Shown piece after piece: positions 1-10,880 of a stretch of DNA of 64,000 bases (positions are counted from its first letter, which is position 1; the number at the start of each line of letters is the position of its first letter). The position numbers and the translations under genes were made by a program. The DNA lies in NCBI GenBank assembly GCA_964057225.1, contig OZ059896.1, forward strand, positions 992,001 through 1,056,000, in the 5' to 3' direction. The notes under the pieces are model-generated. The model worked only from the letters and a program-made list of their open reading frames with translations. It was not told the DNA's origin and ran no database searches. Source of the DNA: Auanema rhodensis (taxonomy: Eukaryota; Animalia; Nematoda).

Positions 1-7
1 ATCAACT

Positions 8-29
8 GATATAAGTTCACACTTATATC
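8..29. other. Perfect 9-bp inverted repeat with 4-nt loop (GATATAAGT-TCAC-ACTTATATC), present in most monomers
   Basis: 8-16 is the reverse complement of 21-29. The ACCTAT, ACATAT and AAATTC variants each introduce one mismatch. Confidence 0.95.
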
Positions 30-131
30 CTCGATTTTCACCCTGAAGAATTAATTTTTTCGTTGAATAACATTGTCCATCGTTTTTGCCTCAAAAAAAG
101 GAATCTAAAAACATCTACTTTTCGCTAAATT

Positions 132-166
132 ATTTTGAAATTTTTCGAAAAAATTTTTGTCAAAAT
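132..166. other. AT-rich imperfect palindrome centred on TTTTTCGAAAAA, with outer arms ATTTTGA/TCAAAAT
   Basis: 12-bp perfect palindrome core at 141-152, with complementary flanks. Confidence 0.9.
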
Positions 167-179
167 GTTTTTGGAAGCA

Positions 180-207
180 ATGTTGAGTGTACATGGAAAC
201 TCAACAT
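180..207. other. Inverted repeat ATGTTGAGT/ACTCAACAT (9 bp in ATGTTG-type monomers, 6 bp TTGAGT/ACTCAA in ATTTTG-type), 10-nt loop
   Basis: 180-188 is the reverse complement of 199-207. Confidence 0.92.
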
Positions 208-623
208 ACACTAATGCATCATTTTTCAAACGATCATAACTAATTTTTGTATTAAGCGTTTCTCAATGTAGTATAGTGCATTCGATGCGGATTTTTAAGC
301 TGCGTCGATCTGTGTTATCAAATTTCCGCTAGCTTAAAAATGCACCGAGATATCAACTGATATAAGTTCACACTTATATCCTCGATTTTCACCCTGAAGA
401 ATTAATTTTTTCGTTGAATAACATTGTCCATCGTTTTTGCCTCGAAAAAAGGAATCTAAAAACATCTACTTTTCGCTAAATTATTTTGAAATTTTTCGAA
501 AAAATTTTTGTCAAAATGTTTTTGGAAGCAATTTGGAGTGTACATGGAAACTCAACATACACTAATGCATCATTTTTCAAACGATCATAACTAATTTTTG
601 TATTAAGCGTTTCTCAATGTAGT

Positions 624-669
624 ATAGTGCATTCGATGCGGATTTTTAAGCTGCGTCGATCTGTACTAT
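624..669. other. GC-richer imperfect hairpin ATAGTGCATTCGATGCGG / CTGCGTCGATCTGTACTAT (shown in monomer 2; present in every monomer)
   Basis: 17 pairs (14 Watson-Crick and 3 G:T on the + strand), one 1x2 internal loop and a 9-nt terminal loop ATTTTTAAG. Confidence 0.85.
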
Positions 670-3600
670 CAGATTTGCGCTGGCTTGAAAATGCACCGAG
701 ATATCAACTGATATAAGTTCACACCTATATCCTCGATTTTCACCCTGAAGAATTAATTTTTTCGTTGAATAACATTGTCCATCGTTTTTGCCTTGAAAAA
801 AGGAATCTAAAAACATCTACTTTTTGCTAAATTATTTTGAAATTTTTCGAAAAAATTTTTGTCAAAATGTTTTTGGAAGCAATTTTGAGTGTACATGGAA
901 ACTCAACATACACTAATGCATCATTTTTCAAAAGATTATAACTAATTTTTGTATTAAGCGTTTCTCAATGTAGTATAGTGCATTCGATGCGGATTTTTAA
1001 GCTGCGTCGATCTGTACTATCAGATTTCCGCTAGCTTAAAAATGCACCGAGATATCAACTGATATAAGTTCACACTTATATCCTCGATTTTCACCCTGAA
1101 GAATTAATTTTTTCGTTGAATAACATTGTCCATCGTTTTTGCCTCGAAAAAAGGAATCTAAAAACATCTACTTTTCGCTAAATTATTTTGAAATTTTTCG
1201 AAAAAATTTTTGTCAAAATGTTTTTGGAAGCAATTTGGAGTGTACATGGAAACTCGACATACACTAATGCATCATTTTTCAAACGATCATAACTAATTTT
1301 TGTATTAAGCGTTTCTCAATGTAGTATAGTGCATTCGATGCGGATTTTTAAGCTGCGTCGATCTGTACTATCAGATTTGCGCTGGCTTGAAAATGCACCG
1401 AGATATCAACTGATATAAGTTCACACCTATATCCTCGATTTTCACCCTGAAGAATTAATTTTTTCGTTGAATAACATTGTCCTTCGTTTTTGCCTTGAAA
1501 AAAGGAATCTAAAAACATCTACTTTTCGCTAAATTATTCTGAAATTTTTCGAAAAAATTTTTGTCAAAATGTTTTTGGAAGCAATGTTGAGTGTACATGG
1601 AAACTCAACATACACTAATGCATCATTTTTCAAACGATCATAACTAAATTTTGTATTAAGCGTTTCTCAATGTAGTATAGTGCATTCGATGCGGATTTTT
1701 AAGCTGCGTCGATCTGTACTATCAGATTTGCGCTAGCTTGAAAATGCACCGAGATATCAACTGATATAAGTTCACACCTATATCCTCGATTTTCACCCTG
1801 AAGAATTAATTTTTTCGTTGAATAACATTGTCCATCGTTTTTGCCTTGAAAAAAGAAATCTAAAAACATCTACTTTTCGCTAAATTATTTTGAAATTTTT
1901 CGAAAAAATTTTTGTCAAAATGTTTTTGGAAGCAATGTTGAGTGTACATGGAAACTCAACATACACTAATGCATCATTTTTCAAACGATCATAACTAATT
2001 TTTGTATTAAGCGTTTCTCAATGTAGTATAGTGCATTCGATGCGGATTTTTAAGCTGCGTCGATCTGTACTATCAGATTTCCGCTAGCTTAAAAATGCAC
2101 CGAGATATCAACTGATATAAGTTCACACTTATATCCTCGATTTTCACCCTGAAGAATTAATTTTTTCGTTGAATAACATTGTCCATCGTTTTTGCCTCGA
2201 AAAAAGGAATCTAAAAACATCTACTTTTCGCTAAATTATTTTGAAATTTTTCGAAAAAATTTTTGTCAAAATGTTTTTGGAAGCAATTTGGAGTGTACAT
2301 GGAAACTCGACATACACTAATGCATCATTTTTCAAACGATCATAACTAATTTTTGTATTAAGCGTTTCTCAATGTAGTATAGTGCATTCGATGCGGATTT
2401 TTAAGCTGCGTCGATCTGTACTATCAGATTTGCGCTGGCTTGAAAATGCACCGAGATATCAACTGATATAAGTTCACACCTATATCCTCGATTTTCACCC
2501 TGAAGAATTAATTTTTTCGTTGAATAACATTGTCCTTCGTTTTTGCCTTGAAAAAAGGAATCTAAAAACATCTACTTTTCGCTAAATTATTTTGAAATTT
2601 TTCGAAAAAATTTTTGTCAAAATGTTTTTGGAAGCAATGTTGAGTGTACATGGAAACTCAACATACACTAATGCATCATTTTTCAAACGATCATAACTAA
2701 ATTTTGTATTAAGCGTTTCTCAATGTAGTATAGTGCATTCGATGCGGATTTTTAAGCTGCGTCGATCTGTACTATCAGATTTGCGCTAGCTTGAAAATGC
2801 ACCGAGATATCAACTGATATAAGTTCACACCTATATCCTCGATTTTCACCCTGAAGAATTAATTTTTTCGTTGAATAACATTGTCCATCGTTTTTGCCTT
2901 GAAAAAAGAAATCTAAAAACATCTACTTTTCGCTAAATTATTTTGAAATTTTTCGAAAAAATTTTTGTCAAAATGTTTTTGGAAGCAATGTTGAGTGTAC
3001 ATGGAAACTCAACATACACTAATGCATCATTTTTCAAACGATCATAACTAATTTTTGTATTAAGCGTTTCTCAATGTAGTATAGTGCATTCGATGCGGAT
3101 TTTCAAGCTGCGTCGATCTGTACTATCAGATTTGCGCTTGCTTGAAAATGCACCGAGATATCAACTGATATAAGTTCACACTTATATCCTCGATTTTCAC
3201 CCTGAAGAATTAATTTTTTCGTTGAATAACATTGTCCATCGTTTTTGCCTCAAAAAAAGGAATCTAAAAACATCTACTTTTCGCTAAATTATTTTGAAAT
3301 TTTTCGAAAAAATTTTTGTCAAAATGTTTTTGGAAGCAATGTTGAGTGTACATGGAAACTCAACATACACTAATGCATCATTTTTCAAACGATCATAACT
3401 AAATTTTGTATTAAGCGTTTCTCAATGTAGTATAGTGCATTCGATGCGGATTTTTAAGCTGCGTCGATCTGTACTATCAGATTTGCGCTAGCTTGAAAAT
3501 GCACCGAGATATCAACTGATATAAGTTCACACCTATATCCTCGATTTTCACCCTGAAGAATTAATTTTTTCGTTGAATAACATTGTCCATCGTTTTTGCC

Positions 3601-6600
3601 TTGAAAAAAGAAATCTAAAAACATCTACTTTTCGCTAAATTATTTTGAAATTTTTCGAAAAAATTTTTGTCAAAATGTTTTTGGAAGCAATGTTGAGTGT
3701 ACATGGAAACTCAACATACACTAATGCATCATTTTTCAAACGATCATAACTAATTTTTGTATTAAGCGTTTCTCAATGTAGTATAGTGCATTCGATGCGG
3801 ATTTTCAAGCTGCGTCGATCTGTACTATCAGATTTGCGCTTGCTTGAAAATGCACCGAGATATCAACTGATATAAGTTCACACTTATATCCTCGATTTTC
3901 ACCCTGAAGAATTAATTTTTTCGTTGAATAACATTGTCCATCGTTTTTGCCTCAAAAAAAGGAATCTAAAAACATCTACTTTTCGCTAAATTATTTTGAA
4001 ATTTTTCGAAAAAATTTTTGTCAAAATGTTTTTGGAAGCAATGTTGAGTGTACATGGAAACTCAACATACACTAATGCATCATTTTTCAAACGATCATAA
4101 CTAATTTTTGTATTAAGCGTTTCTCAATGTAGTATAGTGCATTCGATGCGGATTTTTAAGCTGCGTCGATCTGTGTTATCAAATTTCCGCTAGCTTAAAA
4201 ATGCACCGAGATATCAACTGATATAAGTTCACACTTATATCCTCGATTTTCACCCTGAAGAATTAATTTTTTCGTTGAATAACATTGTCCATCGTTTTTG
4301 CCTCGAAAAAAGGAATCTAAAAACATCTACTTTTCGCTAAATTATTTTGAAATTTTTCGAAAAAAGTTTTGTCAAAATGTTTTTGGAAGCAATTTGGAGT
4401 GTACATGGAAACTCAACATACACTAATGCATCATTTTTCAAACGATCATAACTAATTTTTGTATTAAGCGTTTCTCAATGTAGTATAGTGCATTCGATGC
4501 GGATTTTTAAGCTGCGTCGATCTGTACTATCAGATTTGCGCTGGCTTGAAAATGCACCGAGATATCAACTGATATAAGTTCACACCTATATCCTCGATTT
4601 TCACCCTGAAGAATTTATTTTTTCGTTGAATAACATTGTCCATCGTTTTTGCCTTGAAAAAAGGAATCTAAAAACATCTACTTTTTGCTAAATTATTTTG
4701 AAATTTTTCGAAAAAATTTTTGTCAAAATGTTTTTGGAAGCAATTTTGAGTGTACATGGAAACTCAACATACACTAATGCATCATTTTTCAAAAGATTAT
4801 AACTAATTTTTGTATTAAGCGTTTCTCAATGTAGTATAGTGCATTCGATGCGGATTTTTAAGCTGCGTCGATCTGTACTATCAGATTTCCGCTAGCTTAA
4901 AAATGCACCGAGATATCAACTGATATAAGTTCACACTTATATCCTCGATTTTCACCCTGAAGAATTAATTTTTTCGTTGAATAACATTGTCCATCGTTTT
5001 TGCCTCGAAAAAAGGAATCTAAAAACATCTACTTTTCGCTAAATTATTTTGAAATTTTTCGAAAAAATTTTTGTCAAAATGTTTTTGGAAGCAATTTGGA
5101 GTGTACATGGAAACTCGACATACACTAATGCATCATTTTTCAAACGATCATAACTAATTTTTGTATTAAGCGTTTCTCAATGTAGTATAGTGCATTCGAT
5201 GCGGATTTTTAAGCTGCGTCGATCTGTACTATCAGATTTGCGCTGGCTTGAAAATGCACCGAGATATCAACTGATATAAGTTCACACCTATATCCTCGAT
5301 TTTCACCCTGAAGAATTAATTTTTTCGTTGAATAACATTGTCCATCGTTTTTGCCTTGAAAAAAGGAATCTAAAAACATCTACTTTTTGCTAAATTATTT
5401 TGAAATTTTTCGAAAAAATTTTTGTCAAAATGTTTTTGGAAGCAATTTTGAGTGTACATGGAAACTCAACATACACTAATGCATCATTTTTCAAAAGATT
5501 ATAACTAATTTTTGTATTAAGCGTTTCTCAATGTAGTATAGTGCATTCGATGCGGATTTTTAAGCTGCGTCGATCTGTACTATCAGATTTCCGCTAGCTT
5601 AAAAATGCACCGAGATATCAACTGATATAAGTTCACACTTATATCCTCGATTTTCACCCTGAAGAATTAATTTTTTCGTTGAATAACATTGTCCATCGTT
5701 TTTGCCTCGAAAAAAGGAATCTAAAAACATCTACTTTTCGCTAAATTATTTTGAAATTTTTCGAAAAAATTTTTGTCAAAATGTTTTTGGAAGCAATTTG
5801 GAGTGTACATGGAAACTCAACATACACTAATGCATCATTTTTCAAACGATCATAACTAATTTTTGTATTAAGCGTTTCTCAATGTAGTATAGTGCATTCG
5901 ATGCGGATTTTTAAGCTGCGTCGATCTGTACTATCAGATTTGCGCTGGCTTGAAAATGCACCGAGATATCAACTGATATAAGTTCACACCTATATCCTCG
6001 ATTTTCACCCTGAAGAATTAATTTTTTCGTTGAATAACATTGTCCATCGTTTTTGCCTTGAAAAAAGGAATCTAAAAACATCTACTTTTTGCTAAATTAT
6101 TTTGAAATTTTTCGAAAAAATTTTTGTCAAAATGTTTTTGGAAGCAATTTTGAGTGTACATGGAAACTCAACATACACTAATGCATCATTTTTCAAAAGA
6201 TTATAACTAATTTTTGTATTAAGCGTTTCTCAATGTAGTATAGTGCATTCGATGCGGATTATTAAGCTGCGTCGATCTGTACTATCAGATTTGCGCTAGC
6301 TTAAAAATGCACCGAGATATCAACTGATATAAGTTCACACTTATATCCTCGATTTTCACCCTGAAGAATTAATTTTTTCGTTGAATAACATTGTCCATCG
6401 TTTTTGCCTTGAAAAAAGGAATCTAAAAACATCTACTTTTTGCTAAATTATTTTGAAATTTTTCGAAAAAATTTTTGTCAAAATGTTTTTGGAAGCAATT
6501 TTGAGTGTACATGGAAACTCAACATACACTAATGCATCATTTTTCAAAAGATTATAACTAATTTTTGTATTAAGCGTTTCTCAATGTAGTATAGTGCATT

Positions 6601-9600
6601 CGATGCGGATTTTTAAGCTGCGTCGATCTGTACTATCAGATTTCCGCTAGCTTAAAAATGCACCGAGATATCAACTGATATAAGTTCACACTTATATCCT
6701 CGATTTTCACCCTGAAGAATTAATTTTTTCGTTGAATAACATTGTCCATCGTTTTTGCCTTGAAAAAAGGAATCTAAAAACATCTACTTTTTGCTAAATT
6801 ATTTTGAAATTTTTCGAAAAAATTTTTGTCAAAATGTTTTTGGAAGCAATTTTGAGTGTACATGGAAACTCAACATACACTAATGCATCATTTTTCAAAC
6901 GATCATAACTTATTTTTGTATTAAGCGTTTCTCAATGTAGTATAGTGCATTCGATGCGGATTTTTAAGCTGCGTCGATCTGTACTATCAGATTTGCGCTA
7001 GCTCGAAAATGCACCGAGATATCAACTGATATAAGTTCACACTTATATCCTCGATTTTCACCCTGAAGAATTAATTTTTTCGTTGAATAACATTGTCCAT
7101 CGTTTTTGCCTTGAAAAAAGGAATCTAAAAACATCTACTTTTTGCTAAATTATTTTGAAATTTTTCGAAAAAATTTTTGTCAAAATGTTTTTGGAAGCAA
7201 TTTTGAGTGTACATGGAAACTCAACATACACTAATGCATCATTTTTCAAACGATCATAACTTATTTTTGTATTAAGCGTTTCTCAATGTAGTATAGTGCA
7301 TTCGATGCGGATTTTTAAGCTGCGTCGATCTGTACTATCAGATTTGCGCTAGCTCGAAAATGCACCGAGATATCAACTGATATAAGTTCACACTTATATC
7401 CTCGATTTTCACCCTGAAGAATTAATTTTTTCGTTGAATAACATTGTCCATCGTTTTTGCCTTGAAAAAAGGAATCTAAAAACATCTACTTTTTGCTAAA
7501 TTATTTTGAAATTTTTCGAAAAAATTTTTGTCAAAATGTTTTTGGAAGCAATTTTGAGTGTACATGGAAACTCAACATACACTAATGCATCATTTTTCAA
7601 ACGATCATAACTTATTTTTGTATTAAGCGTTTCTCAATGTAGTATAGTGCATTCGATGCGGATTTTTAAGCTGCGTCGATCTGTATTATCAGATTTGCGC
7701 TAGCTTGAAAATGCACCGAGATATCAACTGATATAAGTTCACACTTATATCCTCGATTTTCACCCTGAAGAATTAATTTTTTCGTTGAATAACATTGTCC
7801 ATCGTTTTTGCCTTGAAAAAAGGAATCTAAAAACATCTACTTTTTGCTAAATTATTTTGAAATTTTTCGAAAAAATTTTTGTCAAAATGTTTTTGGAAGC
7901 AATTTTGAGTGTACATGGAAACTCAACATACACTAATGCATCATTTTTCAAACGATCATAACTTATTTTTGTATTAAGCGTTTCTCAATGTAGTATAGTG
8001 CATTCGATGCGGATTTTTAAGCTGCGTCGATCTGTACTATCAGATTTGCGCTAGCTCGAAAATGCACCGAGATATCAACTGATATAAGTTCACACTTATA
8101 TCCTCGATTTTCACCCTGAAGAATTAATTTTTTCGTTGAATAACATTGTCCATCGTTTTTGCCTTGAAAAAAGGAATCTAAAAACATCTACTTTTTGCTA
8201 AATTATTTTGAAATTTTTCGAAAAAATTTTTGTCAAAATGTTTTTGGAAGCAATTTTGAGTGTACATGGAAACTCAACATACACTAATGCATCATTTTTC
8301 AAAAGATTATAACTAATTTTTGTATTAAGCGTTTCTCAATGTAGTATAGTGCATTCGATGCGGATTATTAAGCTGCGTCGATCTGTACTATCAGATTTGC
8401 GCTAGCTTAAAAATGCACCGAGATATCAACTGATATAAGTTCACACTTATATCCTCGATTTTCACCCTGAAGAATTAATTTTTTCGTTGAATAACATTGT
8501 CCATCGTTTTTGCCTTGAAAAAAGGAATCTAAAAACATCTACTTTTTGCTAAATTATTTTGAAATTTTTCGAAAAAATTTTTGTCAAAATGTTTTTGGAA
8601 GCAATTTTGAGTGTACATGGAAACTCAACATACACTAATGCATCATTTTTCAAACGATCATAACTTGTTTTTGTATTAAGCGTTTCTCAATGTAGTATAG
8701 TGCATTCGATGCGGATTTTTAAGCTGCGTCGATCTGTATTATCAGATTTGCGCTAGCTTGAAAATGCACCGAGATATCAACTGATATAAGTTCACACTTA
8801 TATCCTCGATTTTCACCCTGAAGAATTATTTTTTCGTTGAATAACATTGTCCATCGTTTTTGCCTTGAAAAAAGGAATCTAAAAACATCTACTTTTTGCT
8901 AAATTATTTTGAAATTTTTCGAAAAAATTTTTGTCAAAATGTTTTTGGAAGCAATTTTGAGTGTACATGGAAACTCGACATACACTAATGCATCATTTTT
9001 CAAACGATCATAACTAATTTTGGTATTAAGCGTTTCTCAATGTAATATAGTGCATTCGATGCGGATTTTTAAGCTGCGTCGATCTGTGTTATCAGATTTG
9101 CGCTAGCTGAAAAATGCACCGAGATATCAACTGATATAAGTTCACACCTATATCCTCGATTTTCACCCTGAAGAATTAATTTTTTCGTTGAATAACATTG
9201 TCCATCCTTTTTGCCTTGAAAAAAAAAATCTAGAAACATTTACTTTTTGCTAAATTATTTTGAAATTTTTCGAAAAAATTTTTGTCAAAATGTTTTTGGA
9301 AGCAATTTTGAGTGTACATGGAAACTCAACATACACTAATGCATCATTTTTCAAACGATCATAACTAATTTTTGTATTAAGCTTTTCACAATGTAGTATA
9401 GTGCATTCGATGCGGATTTTCAAGCTGCGTCGATCTGTACTATCAGATTTGCGCTAGCTTGAAAATGCACCGAGATATCAACTGATATAAGTTCACACCT
9501 ATATCCTCGATTTTCACCCTGAAGAATTAATTTTTTCGTTGAATAACATTGTCCATCGTTTTTGCCTTGAAAAAAGGAATCTAAAAACATCTACTTTTCG

Positions 9601-10880
9601 CTAAATTATTTTGAAATTTTTTGAAAAAATTTTTGTCAAAATGTTTTTGGAAGCAATTTTGAGTGTACATGGAAACTCAACATACACTAATGCATCATTT
9701 TTCAAACGATCATAACTAATTTTTGTATTAAGCGTTTCTCAATGTAGTATAATGCATTCGATGCGGATTTTTAAGCTGCGTCGATCTGTATTATCAGATT
9801 TGCGCTAGCTTGAAAATGCACCGAGATATCAACTGATATAAGTTCACACTTATATCCTCGATTTTCACCCTGAAGAATTAATTTTTTCGTTGAATAACAT
9901 TGTCCATTGTTTTTGCCTCGAAAAAAGGAATCTAAAAACATCTACTTTTCGCTAAATTATTCTGAAATTTTTCGAAAAAATTTTTGTCAAAATGTTTTTG
10001 GAAGCAATTTTGAGTGTACATGGAAACTCAACATACACTAATGCATCATTTTTCAAACGATCATAACTAATTTTTGTATTGAGCGTTTCTCAATGTAGTA
10101 TAGTGCATTCGATGCGGATTTTTAAGCTGCGTCGATCTGTACTATCAGATTTGCGCTAGCTTGAAAATGCACCGAGATATCAACTGATATAAGTTCACAC
10201 TTATATCCTCGGTTTTCACCCTGAAGAATTAATTTTTTCGTTGAATAACATTGTCCATCGTTTTTGCCTTGAAAAAAGGAATCTAAAAACATCTACTTTT
10301 TGCTAAATTATTTTGGAATTTTTCGAAAAAATTTTTGTCAAAATGTTTTTGGAAGCAATTTTGAGTGTACATGGAAACTCAACATACACTAATGCATCAT
10401 TTTTCAAACGATCATAACTTATTTTTGTATTAAGCGTTTCTCAATGTAGTATAGTGCATTCGATGCGGATTTTTAAGCTGCGTCGATCTGTACTATCAGA
10501 TTTGCGCTAGCTTGAAAATGCACCGAGATATCAACTGATATAAGTTCACACTTATATCCTCGATTTTCACCCTGAAGAATTAATTTTTTCGTTGAATAAC
10601 ATTGTCCATCGTTTTTGCCTTGAAAAAAGGAATCTAAAAACATCTACTTTTTGCTAAATTATTTTGAAATTTTTCGAAAAAATTTTTGTCAAAATGTTTT
10701 TGGAAGCAATTTTGAGTGTACATGGAAACTCGACATACACTAATGCATCATTTTTCAAACGATCATAACTAATTTTGGTATTGAGCGTTTCTCAATGTAG
10801 TATAGTGCATTCGATGCGGATTTTTAAGCTGCGTCGATCTGTATTATCAGATTTGCGCTAGCTTGAAAATGCACCGAGAT

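Larger units (their letters stand above)
1..351. repeat. Representative monomer (arbitrary phase), 351 bp, about 32% GC, many A4-7/T4-6 tracts
   Basis: Unit from one ATCAACTGAT to the next. Hand count of the consensus gives 111 G+C in 351. Confidence 0.98.

Noticed and set aside
58-74. CENP-B box-like TTTCGTTGAA
   Set aside because: Matches TTCG and the central A but lacks the essential CGGG (5 of 9 core positions).
43-85. Hammerhead ribozyme / retrozyme-like satellite (CTGAAGA matches the CUGANGA core, followed by GAATAAC-ATT-GTC)
   Set aside because: There is no GAAA after a closable stem II (it reads GAAT), and the bases after GTC (CATCG) do not pair with those before CTGA (TCACC), so stem I cannot form. 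No CUGANGA was seen on the minus strand. An Infernal search with Rfam hammerhead models would settle it.
1-351. Tandem 5S rRNA, tRNA, snRNA or spliced-leader gene array
   Set aside because: Unit size is compatible, but I recognise no 5S sequence, cloverleaf, Pol III A/B boxes or known SL exon. T-rich Sm-like strings (AATTTTTG) are expected by chance here. An Rfam scan would be decisive.
1-351. Internal dimer of two ~175-bp subunits
   Set aside because: Only low-complexity similarity (e.g. AATTAATTTTTT versus AACTAATTTTTG) at inconsistent offsets. No alignable halves by eye.
1-351. Assignment to a named ~350-360-bp satellite such as Drosophila 1.688/359-bp or Tribolium TCAST
   Set aside because: Only length and AT-richness are similar. 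I cannot support sequence identity without a database search.
1-8828. Giant repeat protein under a TAA/TAG=Gln genetic code (the frame has no TGA in the consensus)
   Set aside because: Absence of TGA in one of six 117-codon frames is unsurprising. Nineteen frameshifting indels, some amplified, and TGA alleles at 45857 and 49014 contradict coding constraint.
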